Shown here: piece after piece, positions 29,876 through 37,799 of the stretch | How positions within the stretch are numbered: the stretch's first letter is position 1 | Layout of the letters: every line of letters starts with the position of its first letter | IMG/VR virus record: IMGVR_UViG_3300045282_000084 | Coordinates: 15,347-79,346 of that record | DNA: 64,000 nucleotides | DNA from: a virus | Direction: 5' to 3' (one strand) | Translations under genes and position numbers: made by a program | Notes under the pieces: generated by a model | What the model saw: only the letters and a program-made list of their open reading frames with translations | Database searches by the model: none | Told to the model about the DNA's origin: nothing

Positions 29876-30552
29876 TGGTGGACGACGATCAGGGCGATGA
29901 TGGCCACGATCACTGACAGCGTGGACAGCACGGCCGTGATGTTGGCGCGAGTGGCGGCGGCGGCAGCCACGGTTGCAGCGGTGTTGTCGGTCTCCTGAGT
30001 CCTACTACCCGAGTCACGACCTTCCCCGCTGTCGAGCCGGGATTTGAGATCAGCGATCTGGGCGCTGAGGCCGTTGGAGATCGTGGTCGTCAGATCCTGG
30101 AGCTTGGAGATGGTCTCCGCAGTCGCGCGCTCTGACTTGTCGATCGCTTTGGCATTGGACTCGTCCTGTTTTGCTGCGGCCTCTTTCTGCGCTGCGAATG
30201 CTGCATCTACTGCGACTTTGTTATCCCGCGCCTCGCGCTCCTGGCGCGTGTCGCGCTCTGCAAACTGCGTGGCGATCGACTGGAACTTCACGTCCATCAG
30301 ATTGTCGATGCTGGTGAAGCGTTCCGCCATCAAGCCGGTGATGTGGGCGACCTCCGTCTGCACGACGGTAGGCACCCGGTTCACGGTGTCGCTGAGGAGC
30401 GCGGTGGCCTTGTCCATCGCAGCCAGCCGCTCCTCGATCACGTCCCTGATGCCATCCACGTAGTCGCGCTCTGCGCGCACCGTGCGCAGTAGTTGCTCCG
30501 TTGTGAGGATGGTCGGATCTGGAACCGGGGGAGTCCCATCGTTCGTAGCCAT
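29872..30552 (-). CDS. Coiled-coil protein with C-terminal transmembrane helix
   Basis: PDPTILTTEQL start, long helical body, hydrophobic end; possibly leaderless (ACATCC-N11-TAGCCT-6 nt-ATG). Confidence 0.7.
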   Translation of the reverse strand: MATNDGTPPVPDPTILTTEQLLRTVRAERDYVDGIRDVIEERLAAMDKATALLSDTVNRVPTVVQTEVAHITGLMAERFTSIDNLMDVKFQSIATQFAERDTRQEREARDNKVAVDAAFAAQKEAAAKQDESNAKAIDKSERATAETISKLQDLTTTISNGLSAQIADLKSRLDSGEGRDSGSRTQETDNTAATVAAAAATRANITAVLSTLSVIVAIIALIVVHH

Positions 30553-30605
30553 AGTTGCAGGCTATCGGCACGATCGGATGTATGCTTACTCCCTCCGTGG
30601 CAGGG

Positions 30606-30648
30606 AGAAATGGAGGGGGGCCGACCCCACCGGGCCGACCCCCCTTCC
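30606..30648 (-). terminator. Intrinsic terminator-like hairpin after the AAA gene
   Basis: GGGGGGTCGGCCC-GGTG-GGGTCGGCCCCCC followed by TCCATTTCT. Confidence 0.6.
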
Positions 30649-30667
30649 CACCCTGACGAGTGGGCTT

Positions 30668-32203
30668 TTACTCCTCGCCATCCTCCTCGGGATGGTTGAG
30701 GAGATCCTCGCGGATGTTCCCGCGCACGGCCTCGACCACATGCCGGTCGATGACCATCCCGAGCGTGTCGGGCTGTCGGGTCTCCAGAGCGTCGTTCATC
30801 AGCTTGAGCTGGTAGTCCAAGCCGTGGGCGGCGCTTACGAAGTCGTCCGTCGTCAGGGTGATGGCGTCGGCGTCGCCGTCAACGCGCGGCAGGGCGTACC
30901 TGACCGTGCGGTCGATGGCCTCCTTGGCGAAGGCCGGGTGGAAGTCCTTCATCGCCTCAAACACGACAGCGTAGTCGATGTCCTCGTCCAACATCTCGGC
31001 CTGGATCAAGGACTTGACGAGGTCCTCGATGCCGGTTGCGTCGAGCTTGCCGAAGGGGATGACGGAATCCAGACGACCTGCACGCAGCATCCCCTTGTGG
31101 ATGCGATCCACGTGGTTGGTCGTCAGCACCACCATGATCTCGGTGCCCTTCGACGGAATCCCGTCGAAGATTTCGAGCATCCGGGTGGTTGCGTCAGCCG
31201 TCTGGTCTGCCGAGGCCACGGTGTCCATGTCCTCGTAAAAGACCACGCACGGCTGGTACAGGCGGGCGGTCTGCATGACCTGAACGAGATCGTCCTCGCC
31301 GGGCCGTGCCATGATGAACGTCCACCCGTGATTCGTCGCGACCTGGCCGGTGAGGTAGGCCGCGAGCGTCTTGCCCGTGCCGTAGTCACCTGCGAGCAGC
31401 GTTGCCCGCTTGAGCGGCAACCGCAGATCACGATGTTCCTCCGCGAACCGCAGCGGAGAGAACAGGTTCGCGTCGAGCTGCCGCCAGATGTCCTGGTGGT
31501 AGATGACGCGAGCCGGGTCAACTCCCGACAGGTCGATGTAGCCGGGGGTTGCGCCACCGTCGATGGCCTTGCCCCGGTAGATCGATTCCGTCGCGAGCTT
31601 CTCGGCGATCATCTTGAAGATCCCCTGCATCTGGTGCTGGTACTTGCGGGGGCCACTAGCTGTCACCGCGAACACGATGCCGTACTTGGGGTCGCGAGCC
31701 TCACCGAGACTCAACTCGACACCCGGCAGGAACGGCACCGTGAAGTTCCCCCACGGAACCTGTTCCTCCTTTTTCGGGCCAACCGCGATGGTGCGAACCT
31801 CGGGCTTGACTTTCATCGGCCCGAAGAACGTCTGCACCGTGCGGCTGTCGTGGCCGACCGCGCCGAACGCCTCCTTGAGCGCCCGCCACGTGCACCACGC
31901 ACCGTCCATCGGTCGATAGGGGAACGTCTTGGAGAACTGTGTCTGCTCCTCCATCCGCTCCACCGCATCGACAATCGCTCGCGCCGCCTGCATATAGGCC
32001 ATGCCCTCGGGGATGATGAGCTGATCACCTTCGTGCTTGATCTGCTCATCCGCGAACGACGAGCCGCCCAACTCACCGAGGAGATCGAGGATGCGCTCCT
32101 CGTTCTCCAAGCGGGCGATCTCCGAGGGGTCAAGCTCTCCGCTTGCATCCCCCCGTGAAACACGGCGAGCCAGTTCGCCGCCTTTGGCCTTGGATGTGGC
32201 CAC
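30668..32203 (-). CDS. AAA+ ATPase (classic clade)
   Basis: Walker A GDYGTGKT, Walker B VVFYEDMD, SRH TTNHVDRI..MLRAGRLD; AGGAG SD before the GTG at 32203. Confidence 0.9.
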   Translation of the reverse strand: MATSKAKGGELARRVSRGDASGELDPSEIARLENEERILDLLGELGGSSFADEQIKHEGDQLIIPEGMAYMQAARAIVDAVERMEEQTQFSKTFPYRPMDGAWCTWRALKEAFGAVGHDSRTVQTFFGPMKVKPEVRTIAVGPKKEEQVPWGNFTVPFLPGVELSLGEARDPKYGIVFAVTASGPRKYQHQMQGIFKMIAEKLATESIYRGKAIDGGATPGYIDLSGVDPARVIYHQDIWRQLDANLFSPLRFAEEHRDLRLPLKRATLLAGDYGTGKTLAAYLTGQVATNHGWTFIMARPGEDDLVQVMQTARLYQPCVVFYEDMDTVASADQTADATTRMLEIFDGIPSKGTEIMVVLTTNHVDRIHKGMLRAGRLDSVIPFGKLDATGIEDLVKSLIQAEMLDEDIDYAVVFEAMKDFHPAFAKEAIDRTVRYALPRVDGDADAITLTTDDFVSAAHGLDYQLKLMNDALETRQPDTLGMVIDRHVVEAVRGNIREDLLNHPEEDGEE

Positions 32204-32343
32204 TACCACGCTCCTCTCATTGCGCCGCACAACGCGGCATGGTCGAGCGACATGACGCCGCTCGTTCGCCCATCGGGGGCGAACTTCGACGGGGTGCTAC
32301 TGGCTTGCCACCCCTGCGATTGACTACAGTTACTCACACGGGT

Positions 32344-32437
32344 ACCCTAACACGACCCATAGAGGGCAACCGAAACTCCCCAGACTTACAAGAAATGGGG
32401 GAAAGTGACGCATCCCATCTCGGTGAACCTATAAACT
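32344..32437. promoter_or_regulatory. Divergent pair of CCCTCT-class promoters
   Basis: Minus strand: CCCTCT(32366-32361)-N11-TAGGGT; plus strand: CCATCT(32415)-N11-TAAACT. Confidence 0.65.
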
Positions 32438-32496
32438 GTCACGTGTGACCGGTACCACAACCCCGACCCAGCGAGCACCATGCCAGGTATGTCGGA

Positions 32497-32982
32497 ATGA
32501 GTGATTCTGGGCACGCACAGTTGCATCGGGTACTTGTAACCGGTGACCGAGAGTGGAGTGACCCACACCCCATTTACGAGGCGCTCGATGAGCTGCGGCG
32601 CAAGTACGGGCCGCTGCTGATCATCCAGGGTGATGCCAGGGGAGTGGACACCCACGCAAAGCATTGGGCGATCAGCCGACGCGAAGCGTATGCGTCGTTC
32701 CCCGCCCAGTGGGATCGGCTCCACAAGGCTGCTGGGCCGATCCGCAACTCGCAGATGCTGACCGAGATGCGACCGTCGCTCTGTGTCGCGTTCCACCCGA
32801 ATCTGGACGAATCGAGGGGAACGGCAGACATGGTAAAGAAGGCTCGGAAGGTGTGCGAGGTTCTTGTCAATCCACACGTCAGGGAGGACGATGGAGACAG
32901 AGCCCCAGGAACAGGGTTACTTCATGAACGAGGAAGACGGCGCGACGAAGTACGAACTTCCCCGTCTGAAACAGCAACTTGA
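32497..32982 (+). CDS. SLOG-family (DUF2493/YspA-like) protein
   Basis: RVLVTGDREW..IIQGDARGVD..AAGPIRN..SRGTADM. Confidence 0.85.
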   Translation: MSDSGHAQLHRVLVTGDREWSDPHPIYEALDELRRKYGPLLIIQGDARGVDTHAKHWAISRREAYASFPAQWDRLHKAAGPIRNSQMLTEMRPSLCVAFHPNLDESRGTADMVKKARKVCEVLVNPHVREDDGDRAPGTGLLHERGRRRDEVRTSPSETAT

Positions 32983-33145
32983 CCAAGTTCGCGGGACGGT
33001 CGCCGATCTTTGTCAAGAATGGGATGGAACGAAAATCGAACCAGAAGTATGGCCGGTTGTTCTAGCTCTATTCGATGCAGTCAAGAAGGTCGAAGATGAA
33101 ATGACGCGGCTTGGAATCACGCTGCGCTCGGCAGGACTCGGCTGA
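32891..33145 (+). CDS. Hypothetical protein
   Basis: GGAGG SD. Confidence 0.55.
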   Translation: METEPQEQGYFMNEEDGATKYELPRLKQQLDQVRGTVADLCQEWDGTKIEPEVWPVVLALFDAVKKVEDEMTRLGITLRSAGLG

Positions 33146-33190
33146 CAGTTGTCTGACACCGCTATCTAAGCGTTGTAGTAAACTGCATGA

Positions 33191-33402
33191 ATCGCACAGT
33201 CAACGTGCGAACAGGGGGACAGGGAATCGGTTGGACTGGGTGAAAGCCCCTTTCGGAGTTCGACCGATGGGGGGGCGAGGTGTTGGTTGACTGGCCAAGC
33301 GCGGTTCGACCGCGCAGCACCTCGTCCCCCACCTCCATCGGCTGGGGTCGCGACGGGACCCTCCTCCTTCGAGTGGAGTAGCCCAACCCGTTGCGGCCCC
33401 GG
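33191..33402 (+). ncRNA. Candidate structured ncRNA with three long G-U-containing helices
   Basis: Own promoter CTATCT-N11-TAAACT (33162-33184); 12-, 15- and 17-bp stems; no convincing ORF. Confidence 0.6.
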
Positions 33403-33429
33403 CCGGTGACCCTGGGATCTTCTAGATCA

Positions 33430-33494
33430 CATCTATGTGGTAAACCTGCTAAATCCCATCTATGTGGTAAAATGGGGTCAACCATTTACCGCAT
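33430..33494 (+). promoter_or_regulatory. Extended -10 promoter with repeated operator-like ATGYGGTAAA boxes
   Basis: CATCTATGTGGTAAA twice (33430, 33457), inverted TTTACCGCAT at 33485; TGTG-G-TAAAAT. Confidence 0.6.
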
Positions 33495-33508
33495 GGAGGG
33501 GGTTCTGA

Positions 33509-34438
33509 ATGTCTACGTCCGTCGGGCCGGAGAGTGCGACCGAAAACGTCGGTATGTCCCACTACAACTGGCTGTCTGAGGAGATCGAGCGCGAGTTTCG
33601 CCGCCCCTTCACGGTCGAAGCGGTGCGGTTCAAGCCGCAGTCGGTCAGCAAGGACAAGACCCGAGCCCTAGCGACGTTCTACATCGACGCGCGCCTGGCT
33701 GCCGAACGCCTGAACGCCGCCGCTGGAGCCGCCAACTGGGCCGACGAGTATCGGGTGCTGTTCGAGTCATCACCCACCGCTCACTCCGACAACTTCTTCC
33801 CCGTCGAGTGCCGCTTGACCGTCTATCAGGTGACCAAGACCGACGTGGGTATCTACCAGAAGGCGACCGCCGACGACAAGGCGGTCAAGTCTGCCTACTC
33901 TGACGCCTTCAAGCGGGCGGCGGTCAAGTTCGGCATCGGTGCCTACCTGTACGCGATCCCCGGCATCTGGGCTCCGGTTGAGGTGGGGGAGAACGGCAAG
34001 GTCAAGGGCTTCACCAAGGCGGGCATCGCCCAGCTCAAGCGCGATTACCTGACCAAGCTCAAGGCGATCGAGGGCCGGTTCGGTACCGCCCTTGACCACG
34101 GCGATGTGGGCGATGACCCCGAGGTAGGAGATCAGACCGAGTACGCGCCGCCACGGGTGGCCACGATCCCCTACTCGCAGCAGAAGACCGTGTGGGCGAG
34201 AGCCAGAGACGTGGGCCTAGTCATGATCGACAAGCCGACCGACGTGGACAAGGACAAGCTGGAGACGATCGTGGAGATGGTCACCGGCCACCGCAAGGTG
34301 TCTGAGATCGCGGTCACGGACTTCAACCACGTGCTCAAGGTGCTCGACGCCTACAAGGAGCGGCCTGCTGACGCCGAGGCCAAGATCCTCGACTTCATCC
34401 GAACGAAAGAGAATACTGCGGCTGAAACCGCCTTGTAG
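33509..34438 (+). CDS. Rad52/Sak-family single-strand annealing recombinase
   Basis: YIDAR..ERLN..W..KSAYSDAFKRAAVKFGIGAYLY. Confidence 0.9.
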   Translation: MSTSVGPESATENVGMSHYNWLSEEIEREFRRPFTVEAVRFKPQSVSKDKTRALATFYIDARLAAERLNAAAGAANWADEYRVLFESSPTAHSDNFFPVECRLTVYQVTKTDVGIYQKATADDKAVKSAYSDAFKRAAVKFGIGAYLYAIPGIWAPVEVGENGKVKGFTKAGIAQLKRDYLTKLKAIEGRFGTALDHGDVGDDPEVGDQTEYAPPRVATIPYSQQKTVWARARDVGLVMIDKPTDVDKDKLETIVEMVTGHRKVSEIAVTDFNHVLKVLDAYKERPADAEAKILDFIRTKENTAAETAL

Positions 34439-34447
34439 GAGGGCTGC

Positions 34448-34765
34448 ATGAATGAGATGAATCGCGGGGAAATGATCCGCCAGCTTGACGACGCATCGAA
34501 GGAGGTGCTGCACAGGCTGACCAACGGGCCGTTGGAGGACACAGAGCGTCACGCCTTGGCCCGGAGCCTGATCAGGCTTCTTCCTGTTGTGGCTGACAGC
34601 CTGCAAACTCAAGAGGATCGTCAGGCCGCAGAGAAGCTGATGGAGCACCTTGAGCGATGGGAGATCGAAGCCAGAGCATCCAAGCAGCTCGCCGAGTCAG
34701 AGCAAAGGGATGCCACCGATGCCACCCCGCACCACGTCCAGGTCGATGAGGAGAAGTGGTTCTGA
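34448..34765 (+). CDS. Hypothetical protein
   Basis: AGGAGG SD. Confidence 0.6.
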   Translation: MNEMNRGEMIRQLDDASKEVLHRLTNGPLEDTERHALARSLIRLLPVVADSLQTQEDRQAAEKLMEHLERWEIEARASKQLAESEQRDATDATPHHVQVDEEKWF

Positions 34766-35127
34766 GACGAGCTGACTTCCTCAAGCGCATCGCCGCTGGT
34801 GCGGCCATCATCCTCCTGCCGGTGCCGAAGTGGCTACCACGGCTGATCGAGGAGGAACCGTTCCTCCGGGTCACCTGCTTCGCCCGCATCACCTGCGCTG
34901 ACGGTTCGGTGCTGGTGTGCCCAGTGGTCGAGCACATCGCTATGGAGCAGGGAGCCGAGCGCCACTTCGAGCTGGTAGCCACAGATGCGATCAACCCGGT
35001 CAAGACCGAGTTCTTCCTCGATGACCGCCAGGTAGGTAGGACCCACGACATTGGCTTGTCCCCTGGTGGGATCATCCTCGCACCGGGGGACACCCTAAGT
35101 CTGACCTGGGTGCTCCACGTCGAGTGA
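34756..35127 (+). CDS. Hypothetical protein with hydrophobic N-terminus
   Basis: Overlaps the previous stop. Confidence 0.55.
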   Translation: MVLRRADFLKRIAAGAAIILLPVPKWLPRLIEEEPFLRVTCFARITCADGSVLVCPVVEHIAMEQGAERHFELVATDAINPVKTEFFLDDRQVGRTHDIGLSPGGIILAPGDTLSLTWVLHVE

Positions 35128-35164
35128 ACCCCTCCCTTACCCAGCCGGGGTATGCGATCCGTAC

Positions 35165-35500
35165 TACCAGTCACGCCGCTTCGCGGACTCCTTGAAGGCA
35201 AAGTTCGGCTTATGCGTGGGAGAGTCAACCATAGAGCTGAACATGTCCGAGCCTGCCGCTGACTTCTGCCTATCGCCGTGTTAGGGCGTCCGCCTGCCCG
35301 CACTCACATGCGGTGCTCGGCCCCGGTGCCACCGGGAGAGGACGACTCTGGATGCTGTCACAGGTGAACATGCTGCATTGTCGATGGTAGTCGCCGAACT
35401 GATAGAATGCAATCGGACGACTCTCCGGCCTCGCCAGTTGGAGAACATGCTGCGATAGAGGCTCGGCCAGGCTGCACTTCCTGACCGGGCCTCTGTCTCT
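35165..35500 (+). ncRNA. Candidate large structured ncRNA with internally repeated modules
   Basis: Many stems with G-U pairs on the plus strand; GGACGACTCT x2, GAACATG x3; no plus-strand ORF in the track. Confidence 0.5.
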
Positions 35501-35513
35501 TAGGTTGACCCGG

Positions 35514-35542
35514 TTGACCTTCTCGGTGTGAGCCTGTAGTAT
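35514..35542 (+). promoter_or_regulatory. Canonical SigA-type promoter for the replication genes
   Basis: TTGACC-17 nt-TAGTAT. Confidence 0.7.
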
Positions 35543-35626
35543 TGGGCGGTACACCGTTTCGCGGCCCCCTGGCTCCTCAACCCCCTCCTGTCGGGGGGCC
35601 GCGAACTTGATCCGAGGGGGGTCAGA

Positions 35627-36076
35627 GTGTCAGAGCAAGTCGTTCCCCAGGAGACCATGCTGCAACGAGTGCCGTGGTCGGGGGAGATCATCGACGTGAG
35701 CGACCCTGCCGTCGTGGCCACCGCCCTGTACGAGTTGCGGGAGATGAGGCGGCGCATGGCTGAGTTTGAGGAAGCCGCGCAGCAGATGCTGCTCGACCAG
35801 ATGGACACGCGCGGCCAGTGGACGATGCGGTTCGGGGACAGAGAGGTCGAGGGTTCGACTCCGGGCGACGACTACTACTACGACGTGGAGCAGTTCCGCA
35901 AGGTGTTGGAGGCGGGGCTGCCCGAGGACAGGTTCAACGAGATCGTGACCGTAAAAGTCACGGAGTCCGTGAATCGAACCAAGGCAAAGGCGCTCCTCAA
36001 GGTGCCTCAGTACGAGCAAATCGTCAAAGACGCTCGCGTCGATACCGCCAAGCGGCGACGGGTGATCGTCCGATGA
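35627..36076 (+). CDS. Hypothetical protein, possibly Gp157/Gam-like
   Basis: Coiled-coil N-half, basic C-terminus; position in the recombination/replication module. Confidence 0.5.
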   Translation: MSEQVVPQETMLQRVPWSGEIIDVSDPAVVATALYELREMRRRMAEFEEAAQQMLLDQMDTRGQWTMRFGDREVEGSTPGDDYYYDVEQFRKVLEAGLPEDRFNEIVTVKVTESVNRTKAKALLKVPQYEQIVKDARVDTAKRRRVIVR

Positions 36077-36405
36077 TCGCCCCCGAATCTGTCGCCGAGG
36101 TATGGGTGGCCTACTCGCGCCACCACCCACGATCGGTGCCCAGCGACGAACGCATGGCGCTGATCGAGCGCAGGCTCAAAGACCACTCGGTCGAGGACTT
36201 GATCGATGCGATCGAGGGCAACCATCTGGACTCTCATTGCAACGGACAAAACGTGCGACACAGGGAGTACCACGACCTGGGACTGATCCTGCGCAACGCC
36301 GATCACATCGAACGGTACGGCGCGATAGCCCGCAACGGGGTGCCCCAGACCACCGCGCGCAAGGCGTGGGAGACGGCGCAGCAGTTGAGGGCGGTGGGCG
36401 AATGA
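36073..36405 (+). CDS. Replication protein resembling the C-terminal domain of phage replisome organisers
   Basis: RLKDHSVEDLIDAIEG..NGQN..YHDLGLILRNADHIERY. Confidence 0.5.
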   Translation: MIAPESVAEVWVAYSRHHPRSVPSDERMALIERRLKDHSVEDLIDAIEGNHLDSHCNGQNVRHREYHDLGLILRNADHIERYGAIARNGVPQTTARKAWETAQQLRAVGE

Positions 36406-37154
36406 AGAAGTCAGACGCTTTCGAGTGCGTGACCGCCCTGGTCGCAGCCTGGCCGACCCCTGACTGGCCAGATGAGACGATCGAGTTGTACGCCAACCGG
36501 ATTCAGCCCTTCGACCTGGACATAGGTTCGGCTGCGATCATGTCGCTGGTGGACGATGGCGGGTCGTACCGCCCCAGCATCGGCCAGGTGCGCGACCGCT
36601 GCCTTGAACTCCAACTCGGAGACCTACCCAGCCCCAACATCGCGTGGGCTGAGGTGATGGAGCAGATGAAGGAGCCGTACCGCCCCGACGATGCGGGCGA
36701 GAAGCTCGACCCGCATCCGCCCCTGTTCTCACACGACCTGATCGCCTACGCGGTCGCCACCTACCCTGGCAGCGTGCAGTCCATCATCGCCGTGGCCGAT
36801 GGCAAGTCCACCGACTGGTCGATCGGCACGACGTTCAAGGATCACTACGTCGAGGTCTGCAAGCGGGTCAAGCGCGACGGGTCGCTTCCGGGCGGCATCA
36901 TGCCCCGTCGCAGGGACGTGAAGGCCGAGATCGCAGCGCACCAACGCACTCAGGTGGCACCTGCGCCGACGCCATCGATGGCCCTGACCGAAACCATCGG
37001 GCCACCTACGGACGCCCCTGACGATGGCGGTGAGTGGGAGTACGACCCGGACATCGACCTGAACACCGGCCGTGTGGTGGGCTGGTACCGCAAGGTGCCA
37101 CCGACACCAGCGTTTCTGGCGATGTGGGAGAAGCTGTCGGAGAAGACGGTGTGA
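36402..37154 (+). CDS. Helicase loader/inhibitor-like (G39P-like) replication protein
   Basis: LVAAWP..ETIELY..AAI..RPSIGQVR..AWAEV. Confidence 0.6.
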   Translation: MKKSDAFECVTALVAAWPTPDWPDETIELYANRIQPFDLDIGSAAIMSLVDDGGSYRPSIGQVRDRCLELQLGDLPSPNIAWAEVMEQMKEPYRPDDAGEKLDPHPPLFSHDLIAYAVATYPGSVQSIIAVADGKSTDWSIGTTFKDHYVEVCKRVKRDGSLPGGIMPRRRDVKAEIAAHQRTQVAPAPTPSMALTETIGPPTDAPDDGGEWEYDPDIDLNTGRVVGWYRKVPPTPAFLAMWEKLSEKTV

Positions 37155-37378
37155 AGACCTACGCCATGATCGTGGCGGGCACGCTCACGTTCGTCCCCGT
37201 CCACTCTCCTGAATATGGGGTGTGGGACTACCCGCTACCGATCAGCCTGGACGACCCCTATGTGCTGACCGAGATCGCGGCGGCATGTGAAACCTTCGGA
37301 GTGTCAATCTCGCAGGTGAAGGCGGTGTTGGCTCAGGCCGACAAGGATATGGAAGCTGCTATGAGGAGGGAGGAATGA
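37151..37378 (+). CDS. Hypothetical protein
   Basis: GTGA coupling. Confidence 0.5.
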   Translation: MKTYAMIVAGTLTFVPVHSPEYGVWDYPLPISLDDPYVLTEIAAACETFGVSISQVKAVLAQADKDMEAAMRREE

Positions 37379-37569
37379 TGTTGTGCACCTGCATGAGCGG
37401 TAGGAAGCCCTGCGGCGTCAAAGGCACACAGTTGATCAGGATCGAGACTCAGATTCGTGAGGGCTACGCGGTGCACTCGGAGCGAGTGATGTGCGATGAG
37501 CACGCAGAACAGACTCTAGAAGGAAGCCGCCGATCGGGCAGCAAAATCTCTGCGCAGGCAATCGTATGA
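37375..37569 (+). CDS. Small Cys/His protein
   Basis: CxC..C..CxxH; SD. Confidence 0.5.
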   Translation: MMLCTCMSGRKPCGVKGTQLIRIETQIREGYAVHSERVMCDEHAEQTLEGSRRSGSKISAQAIV

Positions 37570-37799
37570 AGGGCAAAGGTGAGAACGAACTGCATGACGG
37601 CGAGCCGTATTTCAGGATCAGAGCGCAAGATGCACTCGCTCCACTTGCGGTCGAAGCATGGGCAAGTTTCTGCGAACTAGCAGCCACAGCGACCGGGGTT
37701 GACAATCTCTATAGACAAGCGCGCGAAGCTCGGGAGATCGCAGAGGATATGAGAAAGTGGCAGACCAACAACCCTGAGAAGACAAAATGGCCTGACTGA
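37566..37799 (+). CDS. Conserved-looking small phage protein
   Basis: EPYFRIRAQDALAP..W motif. Confidence 0.6.
   Translation: MKGKGENELHDGEPYFRIRAQDALAPLAVEAWASFCELAATATGVDNLYRQAREAREIAEDMRKWQTNNPEKTKWPD

Noticed and set aside
30482-32158. 558-aa plus-strand ORF and other long antisense ORFs (e.g. 43662-44576, 18725-19705, 41149-42054)
   Set aside because: These are shadows of real genes on the opposite strand in high-GC DNA; no recognisable motifs.
33270-33333. Canonical tRNA or tmRNA gene
   Set aside because: It has a TTCGA loop and an ACC end but no anticodon arm, a 15-bp rather than 7-bp acceptor-like stem, and no tag ORF. Kept only as a tRNA-like ncRNA candidate.
34756-34830. Twin-arginine (Tat) signal
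   Set aside because: RRADFLK is out of register with RRxFLK; too weak to call.
35194-35215. GGCAAAGTTCGGCTTAT resembling RNase P RNA conserved regions
   Set aside because: The GAGGAAAGTCC and distal ACAGAA..GGCTTA elements are not present in the required order and spacing.
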